A stretch of 64,000 nucleotides of DNA from a virus (lineage: Duplodnaviria > Caudoviricetes): the IMG/VR virus record IMGVR_UViG_3300032234_000392, positions 1-64,000 of that record; one strand, given 5' to 3'. Numbering within the stretch: the stretch's first letter is position 1; the number at the start of each line of letters is the position of its first letter. Position numbers and translations under genes: made by a program. Shown here in pieces: positions 1-10,649 of this stretch. Under the pieces are notes generated by a model. It saw nothing but the letters and a program-made list of their open reading frames with translations. It was not told the origin of the DNA and did no database searches.

Positions 1-6
1 AATCCG

Positions 7-696
7 TTGCCTAACTTAGAACTTAACATTAACACAAACTTTGGTGTAAAACCTGTTCTTATAGATCGACTTGTGGAAAAAGTAAACAATCTAATTGCTA
101 AGGGTGCTATCAAAGATTTTAAAGTTTTCACTAGTATGGATACTTGGGGTAAACCTGCGGAGTATATTCGTACCGGATTAGATCTAGAAGTATGGGAACG
201 TAATTTAGATACCTATCTAACTAAAACAACGTTGCCAATAACCTTTATGTGTACTTTTAATATACTAACAGTGACAAACTTTCAAAGTTTACTAGAAAAG
301 ATTTTAGAATGGCGCATTAAGTATAACGGCACAGAGCAAAACAAATGGCAGCGTGTACGCTTTGACACCCCATTCTTGAAAGAACCTTTGCAGTATGATA
401 TGAATTTATTGCCTAAAGAAGAATTTATGCCATACATGATTAGTCACCTAGACTTCATTCTAGCCAATCTAGACGATAAAAACCGCAGCAAATTCAGTGA
501 GTTAGAATACGAAAAATTCCTAAGAGTAGTAAAATACATGGAATCTAGTATCTATACCCCAGAAAAGCTAAAAGAAGGCAAAAGAGACTTCTTTAATTGG
601 TTTACGGAATATGATCGTAGAAGAGGTACAGATTTTCAAAATACCTTTCCAAATCTTGTGAAGTTTTATAATGACTGTAAACAACAAAGCAAATAA
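7..696 (+). CDS. Radical SAM-type protein, C-terminal part (5' end lies outside the window)
   Basis: NINTN...FTSMDTWG...EYIRTGLD and C-terminal YDRRRGTDF..TFP resemble phage radical SAM/twitch proteins; the CxxxCxxC motif is not in the window. Confidence 0.55.
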   Translation: MPNLELNINTNFGVKPVLIDRLVEKVNNLIAKGAIKDFKVFTSMDTWGKPAEYIRTGLDLEVWERNLDTYLTKTTLPITFMCTFNILTVTNFQSLLEKILEWRIKYNGTEQNKWQRVRFDTPFLKEPLQYDMNLLPKEEFMPYMISHLDFILANLDDKNRSKFSELEYEKFLRVVKYMESSIYTPEKLKEGKRDFFNWFTEYDRRRGTDFQNTFPNLVKFYNDCKQQSK

Positions 697-2029
697 ACTT
701 ACATTTAGATTTGAATTATTAAAGCCTAAATATACCAGAGGGGATATTACAAATCCACCTTTTGCAGATGTTTATAAATCAGACAGGTCGTCTATAGGTA
801 ATTTTTTAAAAGACTCTCGTTTTAGATTTTCACAATTAGTAGATATTATTTTTTATTATCATGCTCGTATTGAAACAAATGCCGAATATACAATAAACAT
901 TGAATCTATCGACAGCTCACACACCAGTAATTATATTATTCCTATAGCAGTGGCATATCATCCAAACGATTGGACAGATTTATTCAACGGCAACCCAGTA
1001 GAAAAACAATCAATATTTGAATGCATTAATCCTATATACTTAAAAGATTTACAAAATGGACAGGCAATGCTAATGATTGATCAAAGTGTTGAGGGGTATC
1101 ATACTGATTGGTTATGGCAGTGGTTTCATAAAAAATGTGCAGACTACAATATAACCCCACAGGCAATTATGTATGTTACAGGTGATCAATCATCGTCAGA
1201 TAATTATAATCAGTGGGCGGTGGATAATAATGTTGTTAATAAATTAAACATACTGCCATCTACAACTTTATCTTTTTACATAAACCAAACTTATGTTAAT
1301 CGTGGACTTGATATCAAATTTGATCAAGTATTAAATTATAAGAAAGAACATTCTTCTAAAATTTATCTATATGATTGTACTAATTTTAGACCAAGGCCTC
1401 AGAGAATTTTTAATTATCTACATCTCGAAAATGCAGGATTGATACCCTACGGACTTATTAGTATAGGAACACATCCAGAATGGGGAACTAAACTGACTAA
1501 AGAACAGTTAGCAGAATACCATTTACCAACAAATCTAAATACCACAATTACGCCTAAAAGTATTAATCAAGTAAAACCAACCGATGCTACTCAGTATTAC
1601 GAATTTGTTGAACGCATATTAGATGAAGTTTATCTAAACAGCTGGGTATCAGTGATTACAGAATCTAGTTATTTTAAACACGAACATAGTATTTTTATTA
1701 GTGAAAAAACTTTTAAACCTATTGCCTGTATGCAACCGTTTATTATTGTTGGCAGTAAACATACCTTAAAATATTTAAGAAAGCTAGGGTACAAAACCTT
1801 TGACGGGTTTATAGACGAATCATATGACGAGCTAGACGACAACAAAAGATTTTTAGGGATTGTTAATGCTTTAGAAAAAATTAAAAATATTGAAGATAAA
1901 GCAGCCTGGTACGAATCAATGAAAGATATATTAGAACATAATCATAAATTGTTTTTATCAATTCATACTCGACAATTTCAAGAACATAAATCTCTTGTTA
2001 AATATTATTTTGATTATTTTAAGGAATAA
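671..2029 (+). CDS. Putative glycosyltransferase-like protein (GT10/GT-B-like C-terminal domain)
   Basis: SVITES...SEKTFKPI..QPFIIVG..LRKLGYKTF..IDESYD motif; paralogous to 3867..5027; sugar-gene context. Confidence 0.5.
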   Translation: MTVNNKANKLTFRFELLKPKYTRGDITNPPFADVYKSDRSSIGNFLKDSRFRFSQLVDIIFYYHARIETNAEYTINIESIDSSHTSNYIIPIAVAYHPNDWTDLFNGNPVEKQSIFECINPIYLKDLQNGQAMLMIDQSVEGYHTDWLWQWFHKKCADYNITPQAIMYVTGDQSSSDNYNQWAVDNNVVNKLNILPSTTLSFYINQTYVNRGLDIKFDQVLNYKKEHSSKIYLYDCTNFRPRPQRIFNYLHLENAGLIPYGLISIGTHPEWGTKLTKEQLAEYHLPTNLNTTITPKSINQVKPTDATQYYEFVERILDEVYLNSWVSVITESSYFKHEHSIFISEKTFKPIACMQPFIIVGSKHTLKYLRKLGYKTFDGFIDESYDELDDNKRFLGIVNALEKIKNIEDKAAWYESMKDILEHNHKLFLSIHTRQFQEHKSLVKYYFDYFKE

Positions 2030-2030
2030 G

Positions 2031-2897
2031 ATGCTTCCAACACATTGCGATGATATAAAAGAAGGCGATAACGTTATCATAGGGTTAGGTGACAGCTTTA
2101 CCCAAGGGGTGGGTGCGTATTCTTTAGAAACATGGAAATCAATTCCCAAGGATCCATCTACCTATAATATTTCTGGAACATATTTTTTAGAAGAACAATC
2201 ACAAAATAATTGGGTAAGACAATTAGCTAACAAATTAAATTATAAAACATTTAATCTTGGTGTTAACGGCGGCGGTAATAGAGGAACAATCAGAGAAATG
2301 TTTTTAAATAAATTGCCTGATAATTTGGGTAATGTGATTGTAATACTGTTAGCTACTGGAATGGAACGATACGATTTTATAAAACAGTCAGACCAAACCG
2401 CTGGAATAAATTGGCATCAAAAGTGGCAAACTATATGGCCTAATCCAAACAGTGATCGTGGCGCTATTTCAAAATTTGAAAAAGAATACTTTAAAGAAGT
2501 ATGGTCTCCTAGAAATGATGCCATAGAATTTCTTTTTAACATCAATGATGCTAAAAATTATTGTCAAAGTCGTGGATATAAATTTTTATTTTCTACAGTA
2601 TTCGACGAAAGAATTAGTAGAGAAAATATAAAAAAAGATTTAGAAGATAAAGATCATCTTATAGATCTAATAGATTGGAATGATTTTGTATCTCCAGCTC
2701 CATATTCGTCATTAATGGATATGATATATCGTTCAGATGGCAACGAGTATAAAAGCATGCACGATTTATTTTCACTAGGAAGAACGATATCAGTTCCTAC
2801 AAAATATATTACTCCATGCGCTCACTGGTCTATTGAAGGACAGTATAAAGTATCGGAGTATTTTTATGAAGAAATTAAAAAACGAAATTTAGTATGA
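2031..2897 (+). CDS. SGNH/GDSL-type hydrolase or acyltransferase
   Basis: GLGDSFTQG block I, NLGVNGGGN block II, late HWS; start moved to the ATG right after the previous stop. Confidence 0.6.
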   Translation: MLPTHCDDIKEGDNVIIGLGDSFTQGVGAYSLETWKSIPKDPSTYNISGTYFLEEQSQNNWVRQLANKLNYKTFNLGVNGGGNRGTIREMFLNKLPDNLGNVIVILLATGMERYDFIKQSDQTAGINWHQKWQTIWPNPNSDRGAISKFEKEYFKEVWSPRNDAIEFLFNINDAKNYCQSRGYKFLFSTVFDERISRENIKKDLEDKDHLIDLIDWNDFVSPAPYSSLMDMIYRSDGNEYKSMHDLFSLGRTISVPTKYITPCAHWSIEGQYKVSEYFYEEIKKRNLV

Positions 2898-3895
2898 AAA
2901 TTTTTATAACAGGCATCGCAGGATTTTTAGGCAGTCATTTAGCTGACAGAATGATTGCTCTAGGACACACAGTTGCAGGCAACGATACACTAATTGGCGG
3001 ATACATTGACAATGTTCCTGAGCAGGCACAATTCTTTCAGATTGATTGCTGTGATATCGAAGCAATGACCCAAGCCATGCAGGGAAGTGATATAGTCTAT
3101 CACTGTGCGGCTACTGCACACGAAGGACTGAGCATATTCAGTCCTAGTTTTATAACACGAAATATTTTTCAAGCCAGTGTATCTACTATCAGTGCCGCTA
3201 TACAAAACAAAGTTAAAAGATTTGTCTACTGTTCTAGTATGGCACGCTACGGTAATCAGGAATATCCATTTAAAGAAACTCAAACACCTAGACCTGTTGA
3301 TCCTTATGCTATTGCTAAAGTAGCCGGAGAAGATGTACTAAAATGTCTAGCAGAATTAAACAACATGGAATGGGTTATAGCAGTCCCTCATAATATTGTA
3401 GGACCCCGTCAACGCTATGACGATCCGTTTCGTAATGTTATGAGCATAATGATCAATCGTGTGCTACAGAATAAACCGCCGATTATCTATGGTGATGGCA
3501 GTCAAATGCGCTGTTTTAGTTTTATAGACGACTGTATTTTTTGTTTAGAAAAACTAGCCTTTGATCAGACAATTAAAAATGATATTTTTAATATTGGCCC
3601 AGACGAAGAGTTCATCACAATTAAAAATCTTGCCAATATAATTATTCAAGAATTAGATTTCAACGGTGAGCCAATCTATATAGCAGACAGACCTAATGAA
3701 GTAAAATATGCTACCTGCGATGCTACCAAAGCTAGAACTCAACTAGGCTACACTACGTCAACAACATTAATTGATGGAATTAAAAGCACTATACAGTATA
3801 TCAAAGAAAAGGGACCTAAACCGTTTGACTATTCTTACCCTTTAGAAATAGTCAATGAACAAACTCCTAAGACCTGGTCTGAAAAATCGATGTAA
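2894..3895 (+). CDS. NAD-dependent NDP-sugar epimerase/dehydratase (extended SDR)
   Basis: ITGIAGFLG Rossmann motif, YAIAK catalytic YxxxK, SSMARYG, GDGSQMRCF. Confidence 0.9.
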   Translation: MKIFITGIAGFLGSHLADRMIALGHTVAGNDTLIGGYIDNVPEQAQFFQIDCCDIEAMTQAMQGSDIVYHCAATAHEGLSIFSPSFITRNIFQASVSTISAAIQNKVKRFVYCSSMARYGNQEYPFKETQTPRPVDPYAIAKVAGEDVLKCLAELNNMEWVIAVPHNIVGPRQRYDDPFRNVMSIMINRVLQNKPPIIYGDGSQMRCFSFIDDCIFCLEKLAFDQTIKNDIFNIGPDEEFITIKNLANIIIQELDFNGEPIYIADRPNEVKYATCDATKARTQLGYTTSTTLIDGIKSTIQYIKEKGPKPFDYSYPLEIVNEQTPKTWSEKSM

Positions 3896-5027
3896 GTTTT
3901 TCTGAAAATACACCTAATTGTTTCATGGTGTTTTCTTTGCGTACAAACACTTCTCGATTATGGATTAATAACTTCTTTTCTTTAAACCGCCAAGCAATTT
4001 GTTCGTCTCGAGACAACGACTTTAAATGTTTTACAGTACTTTCAATAGACGCTAATAATTTTTTATATCTTAGAACATCGTTGGGTTCGTCGTCAAAGCT
4101 CAAATCAAAATAGTCTTCGTAGGTTTTAAATCCTAGCATTTGAATTTTGCGATTGATTCCTGGCTGTCCGTAGAGTATCATTGGTTGATAGTTGATAATT
4201 GGTTTTAATAGCTTTTCCGAAAAGAATAACGAAGTATTATTATAATTACTGATTAGGGTTTCATTAACAATACTAAACACTGTTTTAGAGTGCAGATCGG
4301 GTAAATGATCAAACGGAGCATTAATATGAAAGTTATTACCGTCTGCTAACAGCGGAAGTGCATTTTTAAACTCCAGCCAGTCATCCACAGTGAGATCTAA
4401 TTTTTCTAAAATATCTTTAGATATTGTAGCTGTGTTGTTTATAACATCTTGGCTAATAATAGAATCTTGCTTTAATTGAGATTTCCATAATGCAAAATGA
4501 GCCACAACACGAGGAAATCGATTTCTTCGAGATAAACTTAGAATTATTTTTTCTAAATTTTCAAAACATTTTATTTTGGTATTTTTAAAATTTGCCGTTG
4601 CACTACAATCCCACCCAGTGTCTAACAAAAACACAGGAATTACATTAATACTGTCGTCTGTATCTAAAAAATTTCCTGTAAATAAGAAAATCTTAGCCGG
4701 GTCAATATTATATAAAAATGCATTATAGCATAAACAAGTTTTTAAAGGCAATTCTGTTTCGCTGTAGCCTTCGAGGGTAGCATCAAAAATTAAAACAGTG
4801 CGACCGTTTCTTAACTCATTAATTGATTCAGCATCTATGAATTTAAACAAGTCCGTAGTCGCAGTAATTTTTTGTTCATAGCCTAATAGTAAATTAATAT
4901 AATTAACGCCACGATGTCTACTAAACAAATGTCGATATTCCTTAAATCTAAAATAATGAGTTAAAGTAGTTATCTCTGGACTAGAACAAAATGGATTGTC
5001 TTCAAGTGTAATTTTTAATTTCTGCAT
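3867..5027 (-). CDS. Putative glycosyltransferase-like protein, paralog of 671..2029
   Basis: SIVNET...SEKLLKPI..QPMILYG...LGFKTY..FDLSFD. Confidence 0.5.
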   Translation of the reverse strand: MQKLKITLEDNPFCSSPEITTLTHYFRFKEYRHLFSRHRGVNYINLLLGYEQKITATTDLFKFIDAESINELRNGRTVLIFDATLEGYSETELPLKTCLCYNAFLYNIDPAKIFLFTGNFLDTDDSINVIPVFLLDTGWDCSATANFKNTKIKCFENLEKIILSLSRRNRFPRVVAHFALWKSQLKQDSIISQDVINNTATISKDILEKLDLTVDDWLEFKNALPLLADGNNFHINAPFDHLPDLHSKTVFSIVNETLISNYNNTSLFFSEKLLKPIINYQPMILYGQPGINRKIQMLGFKTYEDYFDLSFDDEPNDVLRYKKLLASIESTVKHLKSLSRDEQIAWRFKEKKLLIHNREVFVRKENTMKQLGVFSEKLTSIFQTRS

Positions 5028-5057
5028 GACATATTTATTCGGTTAAATACACACATA
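5028..5057. promoter_or_regulatory. Divergent pair of late-type TAAATA promoter elements
   Basis: TAAATA on minus (5032-5037) and plus (5044-5049) strands, 4 and 8 nt before the two divergent ATGs; T4 late consensus is TATAAATA. Confidence 0.6.
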
Positions 5058-6980
5058 ATGAAAATAAGTCTCGTCCAACCAAATTTTCAACAAGGTCCAA
5101 AAGAATTTAACGCACACTACCTTCCATATAGTGTAGGAGTGTTATGGGCTTATGTTAATCAATTTGAATCGATTAAATCTAATTATCAATTAGAAGATAT
5201 AATCTGGCGACGTGACAATATTGATAAAACTGTAGCCAAACTGTCTAAGTGTGATATAGTCGGCTTTAGCACCTATGTTTGGAACAAGAATTATAACTAT
5301 GCACTAGCACGTAGACTCAAAGAACTTAATCCTAATTGCATTACTATTTTTGGCGGACCAGAGATACCTATTACAAAGAAAGATATCTTTGACAAATTAC
5401 CATTTGCCGATGTAGTAATTAAATCCGAAGGAGAGATTATTCTACGGCAACTATTAGATGCTATTACTGATAATACTCCATGGGAAGATATTCGCGGACT
5501 AGTAATTAATCGCGACGGCCTAGCAGTAGATACCGGAGACGGGGAACGTATCAGCAGTTTAGAAGATATGCCAAGTCCATACCTTACAGGTGTATTTGAT
5601 AAGATAATGGCAGAAACCACAGACGTAGAGTGGAACGCTACAGTTGAAACAAATAGAGGATGTCCGTATGCCTGCACATTCTGCGATTGGGGTAGCCTAA
5701 CCTACAATAAAGTTAAAAAGTTTAACCTAGAAAAAGTGTTTGCTGAACTAGAATGGATCGGTGCTAACGGCTGCGGATTCGTCACCATTACTGATGCTAA
5801 CTTTGGTATGTTTGTCGAGCGTGATAATGCTATTGCTGATAAACTAATTGAAGTACAAGAAAAATATGGTTGTCCTAATAGTTTTAGTATGAGCTGGGCC
5901 AAAGATCAAAAGCCCGAAGTATTTGACATTGTATTCAAACTAATTAAGAATCCTAAATTTAATCAGGGTCTAACTGTTAGTGTACAAAGTATGGACCTAG
6001 ATGTTTTAGAAAACATCAAACGTAGAAATTTAGCACAACATAAAATTGAAAATATTTTTGCACTATGCGATAAAAACAATGTTCCTGTTTATACAGAAAT
6101 TATTCTAGGACTTCCAGGCGAAACAAAAGACACATGGAAGGAAGGATTCTATAAGATATATCGTGCAGGCAATCATACTGGTATTAACATATTACATGCA
6201 CAGCTACTTGAAAACGCTGAAATGAATTTGCTGCAAAAAAAATTGTACGGAATTACCAGTGTACCAGTGTATGATTACATGAGCGGCAGTTACAATTATA
6301 ACGAACTCCAAGAGTGTGTAGAAGTAGTGACCGGAACCAAAGATATGCCAACTGAAGAAATGTTAGACAGTCAGGCATTTAGTTGGTTTATGCAAACATT
6401 TCATATTAACGGACTTACTACATACATCAGCAGATTCTTACACAAAAACGCAGGTATAGATTATTCTGTATTCTATGATAAACTATGGGATTACTTACAA
6501 TCTGATCCTTGGTTTATTAAAGAGCGTGACGAGCTTAGACACTATTATCGTAATTGGATGACAGATGGCAAAATTAATCATCCTAATATATCTAACATTG
6601 AAGTTCACGGGTGGAACATTATACATAGAACTACTTTAAATATGCATTTAGATAGAAAATATAATTATGTATTTGATCTAATAGAGAAGTTTGTGACTAG
6701 CGAGTTTTCTTTAAATGATAATTGTTTAACACAGTTATTACAGTTTCAACGTAATTATGTAATTAACTACGACAACATAGAACAATTTCCGTATGTAATG
6801 AAATTTGATTATGACTTCCTTGGGTACATATTAGACAATGCACCACTAGAAAATACTGTAAAATATAAGTTTGAGTTTCACGAAAGTAAAGATATTAGTT
6901 TAGATAGATTTTTAGAAAACATCTATTTTGGAAGAAAAAGAAACTTTGGCAAAGCTCTAATAACAAAGGAACAAAAATGA
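5058..6980 (+). CDS. Cobalamin (B12)-binding radical SAM enzyme
   Basis: N-terminal B12 domain (IVGFSTYVWN, IFGGPE, EGE); RGCPYACTFCDW CxxxCxxC; DANFG. Confidence 0.9.
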   Translation: MKISLVQPNFQQGPKEFNAHYLPYSVGVLWAYVNQFESIKSNYQLEDIIWRRDNIDKTVAKLSKCDIVGFSTYVWNKNYNYALARRLKELNPNCITIFGGPEIPITKKDIFDKLPFADVVIKSEGEIILRQLLDAITDNTPWEDIRGLVINRDGLAVDTGDGERISSLEDMPSPYLTGVFDKIMAETTDVEWNATVETNRGCPYACTFCDWGSLTYNKVKKFNLEKVFAELEWIGANGCGFVTITDANFGMFVERDNAIADKLIEVQEKYGCPNSFSMSWAKDQKPEVFDIVFKLIKNPKFNQGLTVSVQSMDLDVLENIKRRNLAQHKIENIFALCDKNNVPVYTEIILGLPGETKDTWKEGFYKIYRAGNHTGINILHAQLLENAEMNLLQKKLYGITSVPVYDYMSGSYNYNELQECVEVVTGTKDMPTEEMLDSQAFSWFMQTFHINGLTTYISRFLHKNAGIDYSVFYDKLWDYLQSDPWFIKERDELRHYYRNWMTDGKINHPNISNIEVHGWNIIHRTTLNMHLDRKYNYVFDLIEKFVTSEFSLNDNCLTQLLQFQRNYVINYDNIEQFPYVMKFDYDFLGYILDNAPLENTVKYKFEFHESKDISLDRFLENIYFGRKRNFGKALITKEQK

Positions 6981-8203
6981 ATATAGGATTTATTGGACTT
7001 GGCAAATTAGGACTACCTTGTGCCGAAGCAATAGCAAAGAAAGGACACAGCGTTGCGGGCTATGATGTTCGAACAGTCGATCCAACTATGCTAGTCGACA
7101 TAAAGCCAACTATCAAAGAAGCAGTGCAGAATAGAAACATTGTGTTTATTGCTGTGCCTACTCCGCATGATCCCGCATACGACGGCCAAAAACCTACCGC
7201 TCATTTAGAACCTAAGGATTTTGACTACTCAATAGTTAAACAATGTTTAATAGAAGCAAACAAATACATGACTAAAGATCAACTATTGGTCCTTATATCT
7301 ACAGTATTGCCTGGTACTACTCGAAGAGAGTTCGCTCCATTACTAACCAATACTAGATTTGTATATAATCCGTATCTTATTGCTATGGGAAGTGTTGCAT
7401 GGGATATGGTTAACCCAGAAATGATAATGATAGGTACTGAGAACGGAAGCCTAACGGGCGATGCTAAATTGCTCACAGACTTTTATAAAACAATCATGGA
7501 AAATTCGCCTCGTTATGAAATAGGTACCTGGGACGAGTGTGAATGTATTAAAGTGTTTTATAATACATTCATCAGTGCTAAGATTGGACTTGTTAATATG
7601 ATACAAGACGTAGCGGTCAAACAAGGCAACATTAATGTTGATGTAGTTACCGCAGCACTTGCTAATAGCACTATGCGTATTATGGGTCCGCAATATATGA
7701 AGGCCGGCATGGGGGACGGCGGAGCATGTCATCCGAGAGATAATATTGCTTTGCGATATCTAGCAGAAGAGTTGGATTTAGGCTACGACCTGTTTGATGC
7801 AATAATGACAGCTAGAGAAATACAGGCTAGAAATCTAGCTAAAGAATTAGTCAAGCATGCCAAACAAAATAAGATGAGTATTTTTATTCACGGTAAAGCC
7901 TATAAGCCGGGTGTCGAATACTGTGACGGTAGTTATAGTTTGTTAATCGGTCACTATTGTAAAGAATTAGGATATGAGCCAACTTATATTGACCCGTTGA
8001 CTGGAGATGAAGTTAAAGGTTGTTATGGAGTTGTGCTGTTAGCACACAACAGAAAAGTCACTTACGAGTATCGAGGATTTGAAGAACTACAGAGTTTATA
8101 TTGTACAATAGAAAAAGGGTCAATTGTTGTTGACCCTTGGAGAACATTTAAATCAGACAACCATACAGTAATACATTATGGTAATACTAGAGAATTGATT
8201 TAG
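6977..8203 (+). CDS. UDP-glucose/GDP-mannose dehydrogenase family protein
   Basis: GFIGLGKLG, FIAVPTP, STVLPGT, KVFYNTF, GGACHPRD with catalytic Cys. Confidence 0.85.
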   Translation: MNIGFIGLGKLGLPCAEAIAKKGHSVAGYDVRTVDPTMLVDIKPTIKEAVQNRNIVFIAVPTPHDPAYDGQKPTAHLEPKDFDYSIVKQCLIEANKYMTKDQLLVLISTVLPGTTRREFAPLLTNTRFVYNPYLIAMGSVAWDMVNPEMIMIGTENGSLTGDAKLLTDFYKTIMENSPRYEIGTWDECECIKVFYNTFISAKIGLVNMIQDVAVKQGNINVDVVTAALANSTMRIMGPQYMKAGMGDGGACHPRDNIALRYLAEELDLGYDLFDAIMTAREIQARNLAKELVKHAKQNKMSIFIHGKAYKPGVEYCDGSYSLLIGHYCKELGYEPTYIDPLTGDEVKGCYGVVLLAHNRKVTYEYRGFEELQSLYCTIEKGSIVVDPWRTFKSDNHTVIHYGNTRELI

Positions 8204-8492
8204 TTGAATCGCCTATATCTTTTTTAAGCCTGTCAATATCCACTTTAAAATCTATTTTTTTAATTTCATCTTTGTATTCGGATAGTGTTTCTAGTAATCG
8301 ATCTGCAATAGCATCTGGCTTTTCTTCTTTTAACTGATCTTTAATATCTATCTGCCATACCCTGCCATCGGCAAATTCTAGATGAATGGTATCTAGATAA
8401 GCCACAGGCATGGTATTCATATACAGATCTTCAAATACTTCTGGCCACTCTTTAACAAGATGTCTCGGTGGTCTAAACAAAGGATTAGGCAT
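8187..8492 (-). CDS. Hypothetical protein
   Basis: 101 aa ORF in a tightly packed minus-strand run. Confidence 0.6.
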   Translation of the reverse strand: MPNPLFRPPRHLVKEWPEVFEDLYMNTMPVAYLDTIHLEFADGRVWQIDIKDQLKEEKPDAIADRLLETLSEYKDEIKKIDFKVDIDRLKKDIGDSTKSIL

Positions 8493-9144
8493 TAGCTGAT
8501 TCTTCTACCTTCTTTGTAGTTTTCTTCTGAGGCGGATCTAATTCATCTGCTTCTTTGCGTAATCTTGCAGCTTCTTTATACATAGCATCTGCCTGACTAC
8601 GATAGCTCTTAGCAATGTCTTTGTCAGACAACGCTTCTGTATTAGCTGCCTGTGCTCTTACTGGCGCAGGAATGTCTGGATCTACGCTAGGCGCAAGATC
8701 CTTAACTTTGGCGATGTCTTCCACAGTAGCATCAGATTTTTTAGGAGCACCTGATACAAAAGTATATAAATCATCTACTGAGCAATTGCGTTGTTCTGCA
8801 ATTAACACATTTAACTGATCTAACTGGATAGAGTCGTTAGTAGTCGGAGACATTATAACTAAATCTGTTGCAACTTTTTGCAATTTTCCATCTGCTTGTA
8901 GCGCCTGCAACATTGGACGACCGTCTGGAAATGTGCGAGTAAACAAAATTTCACCAAGTTCAAAAGATTCTTGAGCTTGATCTGTTTCTACTACAGTCAT
9001 GATACTGTCGTGATATGAGTCTGATAAACTTGATACAGGCAATACCAAGGCCATGTTTGATTCGCCAGGTAGTGTTCTAAAAACTGTAAGAAGTTTAACT
9101 CCTGTATTCTTCATGCGACCGATGTGTTTTAATGGCTGTGCCAT
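8485..9144 (-). CDS. Hypothetical protein with C-terminal coiled coil
   Basis: 219 aa ORF with AGGAG SD. Confidence 0.7.
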   Translation of the reverse strand: MAQPLKHIGRMKNTGVKLLTVFRTLPGESNMALVLPVSSLSDSYHDSIMTVVETDQAQESFELGEILFTRTFPDGRPMLQALQADGKLQKVATDLVIMSPTTNDSIQLDQLNVLIAEQRNCSVDDLYTFVSGAPKKSDATVEDIAKVKDLAPSVDPDIPAPVRAQAANTEALSDKDIAKSYRSQADAMYKEAARLRKEADELDPPQKKTTKKVEESANA

Positions 9145-9145
9145 A

Positions 9146-9376
9146 TTAGCTCTCCTTTTTAGCTACAGCTTCTAGAAATGAGTTTAACTTGTTAAAAGTT
9201 TTACCTACCGCCTCTAGTTCTGTTGCTTTGAACGCTCCTCTTGTTGTTGCTACTTCGATAATATTTTTAAGTGCCAACAGATCGCTGACATTTAAATCAG
9301 GACCTTGAGCCTGTTGTGCTTCTGAGTTAACAGCTTCAGCAGCTGGTGCTTCTTGTTTTTGAACTTCGTCTGACAT
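9146..9376 (-). CDS. Hypothetical protein
   Basis: Start reassigned to MSDEV after the AGGAG SD. Confidence 0.65.
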   Translation of the reverse strand: MSDEVQKQEAPAAEAVNSEAQQAQGPDLNVSDLLALKNIIEVATTRGAFKATELEAVGKTFNKLNSFLEAVAKKES

Positions 9377-9645
9377 TAGTTTCTCCTTAAATTTGGACAT
9401 GCTAGCATAAAATATGTTAGTTCTTTTTGCTGCTCAAAACCTATATATGTAGAAGATTTTAAATTACCACTTTCGTCGATACCTGGTGATCTAACTAAAC
9501 AATACCGACCTTTAAGTTTAGTTTTAACCCAATCTTCAATACCTTCGAATAATTCAAAATCTGAAATTTTCATCTTTGAAAAATGTGGAGGTAGTGTTTT
9601 TAATTTTCTTTGTTTTAAAACATCTATAGGATTCAAGTCAAACAT
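9376..9645 (-). CDS. Hypothetical protein
   Basis: 89 aa ORF preceded by TATAAATA. Confidence 0.65.
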   Translation of the reverse strand: MFDLNPIDVLKQRKLKTLPPHFSKMKISDFELFEGIEDWVKTKLKGRYCLVRSPGIDESGNLKSSTYIGFEQQKELTYFMLACPNLRRN

Positions 9646-9669
9646 AGTGAAAATATTTATAAGGGTAGT

Positions 9670-10071
9670 TTATTCTGGTACCGATTCTTGGCTTAATCTT
9701 TTGGCTAGGGCTTTGTTATAGCCTAGTTTACGAATATCTCCTGAGAACAGATAAAGTTCAAAGGCTGCTTTTTCTTTCAAAACCACAATAAACTTTTTAG
9801 TTATGTAAAAGGGTGAATCGATAAAGTTGTCTAACCAAACCAGAACCTGCGGAGTAAATGCAAACTCTTTAGGAAACTCTATTTTGTATGTTTTTATTTT
9901 AGCATCTTTCTGAATGAAAGTCATGGCTTCTTCTGTCAATCTTAATCCGCCGGAATCTTTTGATCTAAAATTCCACCACCATAAAGATTTATATTTTTTT
10001 ACAGTTTCTAGATCAGCGTCTTGATCTGCAGCCTGTAAGAATACCCTAGTATAGGTATCCTTGATGTCCAT
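9670..10071 (-). CDS. Hypothetical protein
   Basis: 133 aa ORF in operon context. Confidence 0.65.
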   Translation of the reverse strand: MDIKDTYTRVFLQAADQDADLETVKKYKSLWWWNFRSKDSGGLRLTEEAMTFIQKDAKIKTYKIEFPKEFAFTPQVLVWLDNFIDSPFYITKKFIVVLKEKAAFELYLFSGDIRKLGYNKALAKRLSQESVPE

Positions 10072-10072
10072 A

Positions 10073-10357
10073 TTATTTTACCTCTTCGCCTGTAGTCAGT
10101 TTATAAACTGCAAAGTTTGAAGTTTTGAAAAGTCGATTTAATTTTTTTGCTAGATTGTGAGCGTGACCGGGATTACTAAAACTTACTTTTTTATATTTAG
10201 GTCCGGGGTAGCTGGCAACTAGACTGCCACTCTTAAGGTTGAATGGTTGACCTTGATAGAAAACTGCCCAAATGGCTTCCGAATCGAGGATCTGCTCAAT
10301 TTTAAAAGTTTCTTTGTTGGCATATTCTAAAAGTATCTTTGGTTTTGGTCTACTCAT
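10073..10357 (-). CDS. Hypothetical protein
   Basis: 94 aa basic ORF in operon context. Confidence 0.65.
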   Translation of the reverse strand: MSRPKPKILLEYANKETFKIEQILDSEAIWAVFYQGQPFNLKSGSLVASYPGPKYKKVSFSNPGHAHNLAKKLNRLFKTSNFAVYKLTTGEEVK

Positions 10358-10400
10358 TATATACGTGTTTCCTAATTAACCACGTATATATTTATGCCTT

Positions 10401-10649
10401 TTAGAAGCCGCCGCCGTCAAACTTAACATCAATTTTGGTTGTTGATTCGCGAATTTCTGCTAGAGTTTGATGTATTTCCTGCACTGTACGGCCTAATTTG
10501 GATGTTAAAATAGCTAATTCAGCAGTTAGATCACGTGCTTCTTGTATAGTGATTCGTATTTCTTTCTGTTGACTCTTTTCGGCGATATTAACTCGTTGAA
10601 CTAATTTTTCAACCGTAGGTAATGTTGCGGGTATATTATTTTGAGACAT
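10401..10649 (-). CDS. Hypothetical coiled-coil protein
   Basis: 82 aa ORF. Confidence 0.6.
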   Translation of the reverse strand: MSQNNIPATLPTVEKLVQRVNIAEKSQQKEIRITIQEARDLTAELAILTSKLGRTVQEIHQTLAEIRESTTKIDVKFDGGGF

